A stretch of DNA of 64,000 nt, from sequence record MT586120.1; one strand, 5' to 3'. Positions 40,319 to 49,764 of the stretch are shown here, piece after piece (positions within the stretch are counted from its first letter, which is position 1; every line of letters begins with the position of its first letter). The translations under genes were made by a program, and so were the position numbers. The notes under the pieces are model-generated. The model was given only the letters and a program-made list of their open reading frames with translations, did not search any database and was not told the DNA's origin.

Positions 40319-41278
40319 ATGCACACCACCAAGACTCTCTATGTAGAGACAGACTCTGCCGAGACAGACTCTGCTAAGGTTACGGGGCTTTTCAGAAACA
40401 TTATTGGTGACGCATTTGACGCAGATGAACGCGCCAAGCAATATAAGGGGAAGAGACGCCAAGACTTCTTTGGTCATTGGGATTTACCTCCAGGTATACG
40501 TGATTACCTCATTCATACAGAACTTAAGCGCCCCTGTTATAGTGAACGAGTGATCTGGAGAGATCCTAAGGTATCAGATGTGCAGTCGAAAGAAGTATTT
40601 GACTTTTTTGTTGATAAAAACAGTACAGTAGCAGAAATGAAGCAAGTTGTTATTGATCTTATAAGTGAAGTTGTCCTTTCTATTGGTGGAGAGTCTAAGG
40701 TAAAGCCGTTTATTCCCACTACATGGCAGAGAGACGCTATTAGATTTGTTGCTCAGTCTCTATCTGAAGGTAAGACTACTCTAATGTTGGAACTTGCTGC
40801 TCGCTTTGGTAAGACTGGAACTAGCGTTTGTATGTTTGACTATTCCAGTGCGGATGTTATGGTAGTTACAAACTATGTAAAAACTGTTAATAAAAGTTTT
40901 GGTAATACTGTTGTTGACTTTTTTGCGGACAGAATGGTCTATGTTGATGCTAGATCTAAAAATGCAGAGTCTATGATTGATTCTGCACTAGCTAATGGGA
41001 AAAAAGTTGTTCTTGTATGTAGTTTACACCATAGCCAAAATTTAGATTATAATATTGATATGATCCGAAAGTATGATAACAGGATAGTTTTTGTGGATGA
41101 AGCGGACTTTGGTTGTCATAAAGACAAACAAGTAAGTCGAGTCAAACGACTAAGAGAAAATGTTCCGCTCATTCTTATGACAGGCACTGGTGCGGACAAG
41201 GCAGCTGCTAGCCATCACATAGATGGTATGCTCTCAACCACATATTTTGATATGCTGTTACAGACTAACAAGGCTTGA
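40319..41278 (+). CDS. SF2 helicase, N-terminal (RecA1) half
   Basis: PTTWQ (Q motif), ARFGKT (Walker A-like), VDEADFG, MTGTG; ends before RecA2. Confidence 0.8.
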   Translation: MHTTKTLYVETDSAETDSAKVTGLFRNIIGDAFDADERAKQYKGKRRQDFFGHWDLPPGIRDYLIHTELKRPCYSERVIWRDPKVSDVQSKEVFDFFVDKNSTVAEMKQVVIDLISEVVLSIGGESKVKPFIPTTWQRDAIRFVAQSLSEGKTTLMLELAARFGKTGTSVCMFDYSSADVMVVTNYVKTVNKSFGNTVVDFFADRMVYVDARSKNAESMIDSALANGKKVVLVCSLHHSQNLDYNIDMIRKYDNRIVFVDEADFGCHKDKQVSRVKRLRENVPLILMTGTGADKAAASHHIDGMLSTTYFDMLLQTNKA

Positions 41279-41303
41279 CATGGCTACCCACACACCGTAC
41301 AAT
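41275..41303 (+). promoter_or_regulatory. sigma70 promoter
   Basis: TTGACA-17-TACAAT. Confidence 0.75.
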
Positions 41304-41309
41304 ATTCAT

Positions 41310-42626
41310 ATGAAACAACCAACTATCGACCTATCTCGCTTTGAGTCTGACTTCCAAGGCGTAGTCTCCCCCCTCCAAAACTCAATCCCATCCGTCAGAC
41401 TCTATGAATGGAATTTGGCAGATTATGCTGCCAAGCAGGTTGAGCTTGCCCCTGAAGAAGCATACGCATCATGGATAAAATCAATGGACCGTAATGCAAT
41501 GGGTGATGGTCTTAGGTCTGCCGCATATTGGCGTGGATTCTATGACATTTTGATTGGTAAGAATTGGGAGTATGAATCTCTAGCATTAGAAAATTCCATT
41601 GGAAGTATGGGGTCTGTTATGCAATTCATTCCACCCCACGCCAACGGGCAGGCTGGTGCAGCTTCTATGGTTGTAGAAATTGCCAAAGCCGCACTAGGTC
41701 AAAAGTATCACGTCAAGTTTCTTTCTGGGGCAGATAACGTCAAAAATGAGACTGCAGAAAGGGAGGCGGAAGATGCTTTAATTGAAGCCAGTAGAGTTGG
41801 TAAAAAGGTGTGGTTTATATCTCAAGGTATGGCATGTAGATCATTCAGTGTGCCTGAAATTGATACTGTTCTTCTTACATATGATGGTGGTGCTATGGGT
41901 GCCACTATTCAAAAACTTAGCCGTGCTTGTACTGCGGGTGAGGTAGATAAGTTGGCTAAAGTTGTTGCGATCAGTATTGACCCCAACCGAGATGATAAGC
42001 TGACTGGGTTTATCCTAGATGCCGCAGTTAAGGCAAGCGAAGAGAATGAAACTGATTTGAATGAAGAGCTTCGTCGTGCTCATGCTACATTTCCCCTCTT
42101 CACTCAGCATGGTGATGCTTTTCTTCCTATTTCTGAGGATGAATACTTAAAGAGAGCAATGAAGCTGAGTAGCGTCAAGCGTCTTGCTGTATCCCGTGAG
42201 GCACTGATCAATATCGATCCTGCTGTTGCCATGGATCTAGTGGAACAGTTTAATAGTAATGTCTCTCCCACTAATCGAGCCGGTACTAAAGATGTTGGTA
42301 TTAAGGGAAGTCGCTTCCAAGATACTCCCACACCAAAGGCAAAGGTAGACGACAATGAGGAACAGAAAGCAATGAACCGCCTTCAGGAACAACTAACTGC
42401 CTTTGTTGAGCATGTTGAGTTTATATCATACCTAGTAGACGAAGAGTATCCCTCCATTGATTCTATCCTCTCTTCTGCTGAGCTGAATGATCAGAATTCC
42501 TATGAGTTTCAAGAACTGGCGGGGATGATGCCCAATGTCGTTCGTCAGTGTCTTGGATTGGGTCTCCTCTCTCGCACTTGGATTGACTCCACTATCTTGG
42601 CTTCCCGACAGGAGCACACTAACTGA
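41310..42626 (+). CDS. SF2 helicase, C-terminal (RecA2-like) half
   Basis: ISQGMACRSFSVPEIDTVLL (motif V-like), IQKLSRA (motif VI-like). Confidence 0.7.
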   Translation: MKQPTIDLSRFESDFQGVVSPLQNSIPSVRLYEWNLADYAAKQVELAPEEAYASWIKSMDRNAMGDGLRSAAYWRGFYDILIGKNWEYESLALENSIGSMGSVMQFIPPHANGQAGAASMVVEIAKAALGQKYHVKFLSGADNVKNETAEREAEDALIEASRVGKKVWFISQGMACRSFSVPEIDTVLLTYDGGAMGATIQKLSRACTAGEVDKLAKVVAISIDPNRDDKLTGFILDAAVKASEENETDLNEELRRAHATFPLFTQHGDAFLPISEDEYLKRAMKLSSVKRLAVSREALINIDPAVAMDLVEQFNSNVSPTNRAGTKDVGIKGSRFQDTPTPKAKVDDNEEQKAMNRLQEQLTAFVEHVEFISYLVDEEYPSIDSILSSAELNDQNSYEFQELAGMMPNVVRQCLGLGLLSRTWIDSTILASRQEHTN

Positions 42627-42637
42627 TGTGGCAGGGG

Positions 42638-42666
42638 TTGACTTCCATTCTATTTTATGTCATAAT
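42638..42666 (+). promoter_or_regulatory. sigma70 promoter
   Basis: TTGACT-17-CATAAT. Confidence 0.65.
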
Positions 42667-42672
42667 ACACCT

Positions 42673-43734
42673 ATGAAAAACAACCTCCTCTTCCGTCTCA
42701 AAGGTCAGCAGGCAGCCGCCCAAGAACTTGTTTCTGAGATCCCTGAGCGTCTCTTCACTGACGATAGTATTGTATTCTATGATCCCGCAATGGGCGGCGG
42801 ACAGTATCTTCAAGAGATTCTAAATAGGGCAAAGGTTGATTATGATAGAGATATTTCGGCAAGGGTGTTTGGCTCCGAAGAGTCTGTAGTTCACCTCAAC
42901 TGGGTAAAGCGCAATACCTCAGTTCCCAAAGAAAATATTACTAAAGGACCAGCAGACATGAATTTTAGTGCGTGCATTGGTAACCCACCATACTCAGATA
43001 GAACAAGCGACAGCCCCAACTCAAAGAATCTTGATAGTGTATTCTTTGAAAATGCGATTAGTCGGTGTGGATATGTGTCTATGATTATTCGTGCTAAGCA
43101 TTTTGTTGATGCTCGTAGCAACTTCCGCCGTAAGCTGTTCACTAGTGGTCACCTAGTTTCTATAAAGAGACTCGATGATTCTGTGTTCCCCACTATTCAG
43201 AATACAGAGACTTGTGTTGTTACTTGGGATAACAACCACTCAGGTCCATGTAAGATTGAATATAAAGATGGAACGGTTCATCAGATTAATCTCACCCGCG
43301 ATACTGTAATTAAACTAGATAATCCTGAGTTTGGTAAAGTCATTGAGAACAACCTTGCGGATCGTTGGATTCGTGGTCATCTTTCGCGTGGTCAAATTGT
43401 TGAGGGTGATGCACCTATGATTGAGATTATGGGATCCGGCAAATCGCCAGTTATTGCGAACGTTTCGGTTGGTCAAGAAGATACTGCCCGCAATCGTTAT
43501 GGTGTTATTATGAATGTGAATGGTTCTCATGGTAGTTTTGGTGTAGTTCATATTAAACCTTTCAGCGCATCAATCTCCAATAGCGTGATCGCTCTGTTAA
43601 CTAATACCGAAGAAGAAGCAATTATTTTATATAATTATCTAAAGTCTGAGGAAGTCAGTGGTATTGTTGCATCAAACAAACAGAAGCAGTGTAATACCAG
43701 GACTCTTTTTAGTAATATCCCATCTCCACTATAA
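42673..43734 (+). CDS. Eco57I/TaqI-like adenine methyltransferase with target-recognition domain
   Basis: FYDPAMGGGQYL (motif I), IGNPPY (motif IV). Confidence 0.85.
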   Translation: MKNNLLFRLKGQQAAAQELVSEIPERLFTDDSIVFYDPAMGGGQYLQEILNRAKVDYDRDISARVFGSEESVVHLNWVKRNTSVPKENITKGPADMNFSACIGNPPYSDRTSDSPNSKNLDSVFFENAISRCGYVSMIIRAKHFVDARSNFRRKLFTSGHLVSIKRLDDSVFPTIQNTETCVVTWDNNHSGPCKIEYKDGTVHQINLTRDTVIKLDNPEFGKVIENNLADRWIRGHLSRGQIVEGDAPMIEIMGSGKSPVIANVSVGQEDTARNRYGVIMNVNGSHGSFGVVHIKPFSASISNSVIALLTNTEEEAIILYNYLKSEEVSGIVASNKQKQCNTRTLFSNIPSPL

Positions 43735-43742
43735 AATTAATT

Positions 43743-44144
43743 ATGACTAAAAACAAGCACAATGAGAATGTAGGATCTGATATTGAACGTTCTAATGAGC
43801 GCATTGATCAGACTGGTGAAGTATTCACTCCTATGGAACTGTGCCGTGAGATGGTCAACGAACTACCACTAGATGTACTACAGAATCCTAAGAGCACATT
43901 TATTGATAATTCTGCTGGGTCGGGCAACTTCATCATCGCTCTCCGTGACAGACTACTAGAATATCACGAGTTATCACATATCTTAGACAATATGCTCTAT
44001 ACTGTTGAGTTTATGGAGGATAATCACGCCGAGTTGTGTGAGAGAATAGGTGTGCCTGTTACTCACCCACATTATGTTAGAGCTGATGCTACCACATATG
44101 ATTATAGCTTTGGTGAGCCTATAGGATTAGAGGCATTCTTCTAG
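43743..44144 (+). CDS. stand-alone SAM-binding half of an N6-adenine methyltransferase
   Basis: TGEVFTP, FIDNSAGSGNF, LYTVE..EDN; no NPPY. Confidence 0.8.
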   Translation: MTKNKHNENVGSDIERSNERIDQTGEVFTPMELCREMVNELPLDVLQNPKSTFIDNSAGSGNFIIALRDRLLEYHELSHILDNMLYTVEFMEDNHAELCERIGVPVTHPHYVRADATTYDYSFGEPIGLEAFF

Positions 44145-44198
44145 CCACTTTGAGTAGTGTCCACTGCCCCACCACAGGGGCATTTTTAATGTTATGAT
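44143..44198 (+). promoter_or_regulatory. repeated promoter cassette
   Basis: 44-bp near-identity to the cassette at 40241. Confidence 0.8.
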
Positions 44199-44219
44199 TT
44201 ATCCATCAGCTTAACGCAT

Positions 44220-44537
44220 ATGATCGAAGCTATCGCAGCTCCAAACACACAGGTCACTGAAGAGGGTGGACTCTTCTACATCACTATGAGCGTTGGTCCT
44301 GATGAGGTATGCACTGCTTGTTATATGCGCGACAAGGCGCAGAGAGTGGTCATTATCCAATTAGATACACCAGTGGAGTATAGAGGCAATGGCTACGCTA
44401 CAGCCCTCCTGGAGAGCATACAGAGGCGTGAGAAGACTGGTCCTATCCGTGTGATTAGTACTAGCCATGCCGTTGGTTTCTACAATAAGCTAGGATACAT
44501 TGAAGTATCACCATACGTGTTCCAAAGCTCAAACTGA
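44220..44537 (+). CDS. GNAT acetyltransferase
   Basis: EYRGNGYATALL, AVGFYNKLGY. Confidence 0.85.
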   Translation: MIEAIAAPNTQVTEEGGLFYITMSVGPDEVCTACYMRDKAQRVVIIQLDTPVEYRGNGYATALLESIQRREKTGPIRVISTSHAVGFYNKLGYIEVSPYVFQSSN

Positions 44538-44574
44538 CCACTGAACCCCCACAGGGCACCCAAATGCCCTATAC
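44531..44574 (+). promoter_or_regulatory. repeated promoter cassette
   Basis: AACTGACCAC, GGGCA/TGCCC, TATACT. Confidence 0.8.
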
Positions 44575-44598
44575 TATTCACATAAGCAACGGACACCA

Positions 44599-45492
44599 AT
44601 GACCAAGAACCTACACCTTGAGCACCCAGAAGACCTTATCTTGTCTGGTGACCTATCAGTGCTTGATTGGTTCTCTACCATCTCCAACACCAGCGTGAAG
44701 ATGGACGGCAGTGTAGCCATTGTATGGGGCATCAACCCAGAGAATGGTAAGTTTTTCGTAGGTAAGAAGTCAGTATTCAATAAGAAGAAGGTTGAGATAT
44801 GCTATACACCACAAGATATTAGGAAGTTCTACGGTGACCGTGAGGAGCTAGCAGACATTCTCCTCGCTTGCCTTGACTTCTTGCCCCGCACTGGTGGTAT
44901 CTATCAAGGTGACTTCATTGGGCTGGGTGGTAACTCAAAATACACACCCAACACCATTACATATGACTTTGGCTCTCCTGTTGAGGAAGTCATTATCATT
45001 GCTCCTCACACATACTATGTTGGTGATACTATCAAGGGATGTGTTGCTCACCCACTATCACACCAATTAGAATCAACTGGTGATGTTCTGTTTGTTCAGC
45101 CTACCGTTGATTGTAAGTGTACCTTCTATGATTCTGTTGATGCTATCCGCACATCAGTGAAGAAGTCCAAGTTCTTGACGGATAAATCAGCCAAAGAGGT
45201 TCGTGTTATACTTAACGCATTCGTTCGCGAAGGTAAGTCCATCAGCCCACAACTACTAGAACAAGTTGTAGGTGACTGGAATCTCACTATGTCCTACTTC
45301 CAAATCATTGACCTAAAGGAGCAAATGATGGAAGCTATGATAGTATATGATGGACCAAAGGCATTCATTGGTGATATGCCCGTAGCTTGCGAAGGCTATG
45401 TTCGCACCAATCGCCACGGTTCTATGAAACTGGTTGATCGCTATCAGTTCGCACAGGCTAACTTCAACAACACACGATTCAGGTCAAACTAA
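44599..45492 (+). CDS. conserved cyanophage protein with ligase-like KxDG motif
   Basis: HLEHPED, SVKMDG, YQGDFIG, EGYV, KLVDR..F..ANF. Confidence 0.65.
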   Translation: MTKNLHLEHPEDLILSGDLSVLDWFSTISNTSVKMDGSVAIVWGINPENGKFFVGKKSVFNKKKVEICYTPQDIRKFYGDREELADILLACLDFLPRTGGIYQGDFIGLGGNSKYTPNTITYDFGSPVEEVIIIAPHTYYVGDTIKGCVAHPLSHQLESTGDVLFVQPTVDCKCTFYDSVDAIRTSVKKSKFLTDKSAKEVRVILNAFVREGKSISPQLLEQVVGDWNLTMSYFQIIDLKEQMMEAMIVYDGPKAFIGDMPVACEGYVRTNRHGSMKLVDRYQFAQANFNNTRFRSN

Positions 45493-45719
45493 TGGATTGC
45501 ACTAGATGTCTACACTACTATGAAATACGTGGGAGAAAGATATGTCGCTCTCCCCATCTTGATGAGGAAGCACCTGTTGAACAGGAGAGATCTAGTTTAG
45601 GTCAATGCAATCAAGATGGAAAGAACTTTGAATTTTGTGTTTATAGGAAGGCACGTCACGTGTTTTGGGGCTCAATATATGATGAAAATGCAACTAGACT
45701 AGACCACTATCCAAACTGA
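45492..45719 (+). CDS. small Cys-containing protein
   Basis: CxxCxH, four further Cys. Confidence 0.6.
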   Translation: MDCTRCLHYYEIRGRKICRSPHLDEEAPVEQERSSLGQCNQDGKNFEFCVYRKARHVFWGSIYDENATRLDHYPN

Positions 45720-45757
45720 CCACTAACGTTCCACAAGGCACACAGATGCCTTATACT
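45702..45757 (+). promoter_or_regulatory. repeated promoter cassette
   Basis: GACCACTA..AACTGACCAC, AAGGCA/TGCCTT, TATACT. Confidence 0.8.
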
Positions 45758-45784
45758 ACATACATAGCAAACGAGGCTTACTAA

Positions 45785-46114
45785 ATGCTTATCAACTGGA
45801 CAGATGAAGAGAGAGCAGCCGCTACCCGTGGCGATGTAAACATCTTCATCCTCAACACCACTCCACAAGCTATCAAGGAGATGGACAAAGAACTACCCAC
45901 TGATACACATATCATTGAGTACGTTATTGATGGTGAGACATCCTATGATGCTGTTAGAGGCTATAAGATGAGCGATATCTTCAATGTATACCACGATAAG
46001 TTTAGAAGAGACGACATCACTGCTCAAGTCATTAGTATCAAGAGTGGCTATGGTGTTATCAAACCCAAGCTTTATGGCTATCAAGCCGTTGAATCATCCA
46101 AGAAAACCAAGTAA
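45785..46114 (+). CDS. conserved hypothetical protein
   Basis: LPTDTHII.Y...YDAVRGYKMSDIFNVY.D. Confidence 0.75.
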   Translation: MLINWTDEERAAATRGDVNIFILNTTPQAIKEMDKELPTDTHIIEYVIDGETSYDAVRGYKMSDIFNVYHDKFRRDDITAQVISIKSGYGVIKPKLYGYQAVESSKKTK

Positions 46115-46120
46115 TTCATT

Positions 46121-46501
46121 ATGACTAACACAACACCCGATCCAATAGACAATCTTCCTTATCAACCCGCTGCTCGTGATAGAAATGCTGAACAGCAACG
46201 CTTCCAGGAGCGCGTCCTAGTGCGCTCCACAGCCACTGGTTTCGAGCAGGGCATTGCTGCTATGGCTGGGCTGTTTACGGCTGGTCCTCTGGGCTCTCTG
46301 GCTGCCTGGGGGGCTCTCCGTGGTCTCCAAGGTAAGTGGGCACCCTGGTTCATCCTAGGCATCCCTGCTTCTGTTGCTCTCAACGTGGTTCAGCTGCTTA
46401 TCATTGCCGCTATCACTGGAGCAGCTGTTGAGCCTGAAGCTGGAACAGACTATGAAGCACACCACATACAGGAGCAGCAAGAGCAAGTAACGAATATTTA
46501 A
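46121..46501 (+). CDS. membrane protein
   Basis: Two to three hydrophobic segments. Confidence 0.7.
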   Translation: MTNTTPDPIDNLPYQPAARDRNAEQQRFQERVLVRSTATGFEQGIAAMAGLFTAGPLGSLAAWGALRGLQGKWAPWFILGIPASVALNVVQLLIIAAITGAAVEPEAGTDYEAHHIQEQQEQVTNI

Positions 46502-46537
46502 GTTTGTCTTGGTTATAGCACAAAACTCTGTTATAAT

Positions 46538-46732
46538 ATGTGTGTAAATACTAACAGAGTAATTCATATAATAATGAGACATAATAATACAGACGCACTG
46601 ATAAATGATTGCGAAGACTACCTACTACACAGATATATTCCATTACATTCATATACAGGAGATGAAATCATAAAGCAAGCCATCAAGGAAGGTTATATGA
46701 TGGACCTATTTTATAGACACTACTCAAAGTGA
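46538..46732 (+). CDS. hypothetical protein
   Basis: ORF; start uncertain; terminator-like hairpin near 46737-46760. Confidence 0.5.
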   Translation: MCVNTNRVIHIIMRHNNTDALINDCEDYLLHRYIPLHSYTGDEIIKQAIKEGYMMDLFYRHYSK

Positions 46733-46770
46733 CTACGGGGGGCAATATGCCCTCTTTTTTATGATATAAT

Positions 46771-47559
46771 ATGGAAACCAATTCAGAAACTATGAACAAG
46801 CTACTCAATGGTGAATGTCTTGAAGTTATGAAGACACTAGCTGATAATTCAATTGATATGGTTTTCTGTGACCTACCTTATGGTACTACACAGAACTCTT
46901 GGGATACTATCATCCCATTCGATGAGTTGTGGGCAGAGTATCATCGTATCGTCAAGATTGATGGTGCTATTGTACTAACAGCACAACCACCATTTGATAA
47001 GGTCTTAGCTTGTTCAAATCTAAAAGACTTCCGTTATGAATGGATATGGGAGAAGAATAAAGCAACTGGGCACCTAAATGCTAAGAAGATGCCTATGAAG
47101 GCACACGAGAACATACTAGTATTTTATAGAAAGCTTCCTACATATAACCCACAGATGACCACAGGTCATAAGCCAATGAATGCAGTATTGCCTAAGAGCA
47201 ATATGCCTGCACCAAAGGAGAAGAGAAACTATAACCACGTAGAAGAGCGACTAGGTAATCCTGGTGGTGGAACTAGTAGGTATCCAAGAGATACTGTTAG
47301 GTTCCCCGTTATCAACAATGATGACCCAAAGAAGTTCCACCCAACACAGAAACCTATCCCCTTGATTAAGTACTTCATCAAGACATATTCTAATCCAGGT
47401 GATGTTGTACTAGACAATTGTATGGGCTCAGGTTCTACCTGTATTGCTGCATCTAATCTAGATCGACAGTTTGTTGGTATTGAGATGAGTGAGGAATATT
47501 ACAACCTAGCAGTTGAGTGGGTCGAATCCGAACGTAGACTCACCCAGTTCTTTAACTGA
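46771..47559 (+). CDS. beta-class N4/N6 DNA methyltransferase
   Basis: GECLEVM, DLPYG, HENILVFY, HPTQKP, VVLDNCMGSGST. Confidence 0.92.
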   Translation: METNSETMNKLLNGECLEVMKTLADNSIDMVFCDLPYGTTQNSWDTIIPFDELWAEYHRIVKIDGAIVLTAQPPFDKVLACSNLKDFRYEWIWEKNKATGHLNAKKMPMKAHENILVFYRKLPTYNPQMTTGHKPMNAVLPKSNMPAPKEKRNYNHVEERLGNPGGGTSRYPRDTVRFPVINNDDPKKFHPTQKPIPLIKYFIKTYSNPGDVVLDNCMGSGSTCIAASNLDRQFVGIEMSEEYYNLAVEWVESERRLTQFFN

Positions 47560-47597
47560 CCACTGAACCACCACAGGGCACCCAAATGCCCTATACT
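47542..47597 (+). promoter_or_regulatory. repeated promoter cassette
   Basis: ACCCAGTT..AACTGACCAC, GGGCA/TGCCC, TATACT. Confidence 0.8.
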
Positions 47598-47620
47598 ATA
47601 TTCATCAACCAAAGGGAACA

Positions 47621-47788
47621 ATGATCAAGTCACAAGTTCAGCGCATCGTTCGCGAAGTAGCTACTACTCAAGGTGCTACGCTCACACGTGATGAGAAGTG
47701 GTCCGTGTTCCTTAACGTCTGTGATGGTCTCTATCGTGACGGGCGCATCACACTCAAGCAACACGACAACTGGACATCCCCTTTCTGA
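47621..47788 (+). CDS. small hypothetical protein (not in track)
   Basis: MIKSQVQRIV...VCDGLYRDGRIT; RBS AAAGGGAAC. Confidence 0.7.
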   Translation: MIKSQVQRIVREVATTQGATLTRDEKWSVFLNVCDGLYRDGRITLKQHDNWTSPF

Positions 47789-47796
47789 GTATAACA

Positions 47797-47943
47797 ATGA
47801 TCACCCAAGACGACCGTGACTTCGTAAACTTTCTGTTCGGTAAGTTGCTTACTGAGACAGATACTGATATGATTGATCTACACGATGACGATACTGCTGG
47901 TATCGACGCACTTGAATTTGAACAACTCACCCTCGCTATTTGA
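47797..47943 (+). CDS. small acidic protein (not in track)
   Basis: MITQDDRDFVNFLFGKL... Confidence 0.6.
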   Translation: MITQDDRDFVNFLFGKLLTETDTDMIDLHDDDTAGIDALEFEQLTLAI

Positions 47944-47945
47944 TT

Positions 47946-48293
47946 ATGAGCATCCTTACACAAGAGTCTACACAAAAACTTGCTGAGGCTATTGCACAAG
48001 ATGTATTCGCATACATCTCCGAAGATGGTCGCTACCTTGACGGTGTGATGAACACCATTGAGCCTGCTATTGTACACGTTATTGGTCAAACAAGCCCCGA
48101 GCTAGTTGGTGAGCTTGGTTGCGCTATTATGGGTATGATTTGTATCCCTAGTGACCCAGATGTATACCAAGATGACCTATGGAAGACACGATATGAGCGA
48201 CTCTATCGCTATGTGAAGCACACATATGCTGAGAGTTACATTGATGGTGCTGAGTATGGTATAATTGCTAGTGATGAAGTTTACGGATACTGA
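47946..48293 (+). CDS. hypothetical protein
   Basis: ORF. Confidence 0.7.
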   Translation: MSILTQESTQKLAEAIAQDVFAYISEDGRYLDGVMNTIEPAIVHVIGQTSPELVGELGCAIMGMICIPSDPDVYQDDLWKTRYERLYRYVKHTYAESYIDGAEYGIIASDEVYGY

Positions 48294-48295
48294 TT

Positions 48296-48502
48296 ATGCC
48301 TGCACATAGTAATATGGGTCAATATAGGCTCACTGATATTCAGGTTGATTTGATTCTCCATTGTTTGGAGTATACAAGAAACCTTACTATTGAGGAAGAC
48401 AATGAGAGGAGGAAGATTGTAGAATCACTACAATCTGGAGTATTACCACCACCACCTCATACCATAGAAGAAGACCCCTACGCCAACTATTGCGACATCT
48501 AA
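48296..48502 (+). CDS. hypothetical protein
   Basis: ORF. Confidence 0.6.
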   Translation: MPAHSNMGQYRLTDIQVDLILHCLEYTRNLTIEEDNERRKIVESLQSGVLPPPPHTIEEDPYANYCDI

Positions 48503-48885
48503 TGCCTAAAACAAAGCAACCCAAACTAACACAAGAAGAGCTATTCCCTCACGGTAGGGAGTTTGGCTATCGCCTACAACTTGAAGAGCGTATTGAAGGT
48601 CTAGGAACTATTGCTTGGTTTCAGTGTGAGTTCCACTTGACTAAACACGTAGAAAGATATAGAATAACCAAAGGTAAAATTGATGTGATGAAAGGGGCAA
48701 CCCCCCTCACCAAAGACCCATTTGCCCCTAAACGTACTAGGAAGGCTAGTGGTACCAAGGCATCTCAAGCATCAAAAACCAAAAAACCTGTAAAAACAGC
48801 AGCCAAGACCAAGAGTGCCCCTCGCACATCTAAAACTGCTAAAAAAGAGGTTTTTAGTAATCTAGACACATTCTTTTCTAAATGA
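48502..48885 (+). CDS. conserved hypothetical protein with Lys-rich tail
   Basis: FGYRL...IAWFQCEFHLTKHVERY. Confidence 0.75.
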   Translation: MPKTKQPKLTQEELFPHGREFGYRLQLEERIEGLGTIAWFQCEFHLTKHVERYRITKGKIDVMKGATPLTKDPFAPKRTRKASGTKASQASKTKKPVKTAAKTKSAPRTSKTAKKEVFSNLDTFFSK

Positions 48886-49031
48886 ATAACCCATTGAGTG
48901 CTATAAAGCACACTAGAACAACATATAGTAGGCAATATCAGAAAAACTATGTTGAGGTATTAGTCCAATTTAAGGATGAACCTGAAGCATGGATACCCCT
49001 TGAAACTTTACTAGCACTTAAAGAACAATGA
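48882..49031 (+). CDS. small hypothetical protein (not in track)
   Basis: EVLVQFKDEPEAWIP.ETL; overlaps both neighbours. Confidence 0.6.
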   Translation: MNNPLSAIKHTRTTYSRQYQKNYVEVLVQFKDEPEAWIPLETLLALKEQ

Positions 49032-49255
49032 TTGAACTATTCAGTACAGTAAATTTTACTCCATTAGAAGCTTCTAAAGCAGCACTTTTAGCGTTGCTGA
49101 TTGGTGGCATAGTCTACTACGCCATATTTTTTTTGCTTCAAAAATGGATTTCTTTATCTGTTAGACTTGAAAGTCCTTGGTCAGAAATTGTATTTTATGT
49201 TCCGCTTATTTTTGGAGCATGGCTCGCTGTTTTCTCCGCTTTAATTTCCAAATGA
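49028..49255 (+). CDS. two-TM membrane protein
   Basis: Two hydrophobic helices. Confidence 0.65.
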   Translation: MIELFSTVNFTPLEASKAALLALLIGGIVYYAIFFLLQKWISLSVRLESPWSEIVFYVPLIFGAWLAVFSALISK

Positions 49256-49488
49256 TTGAACTATCTCTTATCACACTACTCAATACAATGGCTCCACGCT
49301 ATTGTGAATACAAGCGTAGTGGCTTAAATGATACAAAAGCAACTCTACTATCATATAGTGAGATGCATGACGAATACCCATCAGCTGCTATTAGAAAGGC
49401 AGTGCTTAATGGTAGGGGATTAGAAGCAATTGCTGTCGCTATGGTAGCAACAACGTGCCCACTTGATGCAATTAAAGACAATGACTGA
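49252..49488 (+). CDS. hypothetical protein
   Basis: ATGA overlap; YCEY...TCP. Confidence 0.65.
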   Translation: MIELSLITLLNTMAPRYCEYKRSGLNDTKATLLSYSEMHDEYPSAAIRKAVLNGRGLEAIAVAMVATTCPLDAIKDND

Positions 49489-49630
49489 ACCACTCAAAAC
49501 ATATCACGTTAAGGTAAAGTTCCTTGATGACCTAAAGTATGGTGAGTTTATCACAGCACCATCAGAAAAAGAAGCCCTCAAACTATTTGTAGAGGAGTAT
49601 TTGTATGTTGCATCGGAGAGAGAAGAATGA
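49481..49630 (+). CDS. small hypothetical protein (not in track)
   Basis: MTEPLKTYHVKVKF... Confidence 0.5.
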   Translation: MTEPLKTYHVKVKFLDDLKYGEFITAPSEKEALKLFVEEYLYVASEREE

Positions 49631-49764
49631 CTAATAAACTATATGAACAGCACGATGATGAGAGTATTGAAGCACTCAATACTATCGACACATTGAAGCG
49701 TAGGATTATTGAATTAGAAGCAGAGATTGTAACACTTAAAGCACGAATGAGGGATATGGGATGA
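49627..49764 (+). CDS. small coiled-coil protein (not in track)
   Basis: LKRRIIELEAEIVTLK; ATGA overlaps. Confidence 0.5.
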   Translation: MTNKLYEQHDDESIEALNTIDTLKRRIIELEAEIVTLKARMRDMG

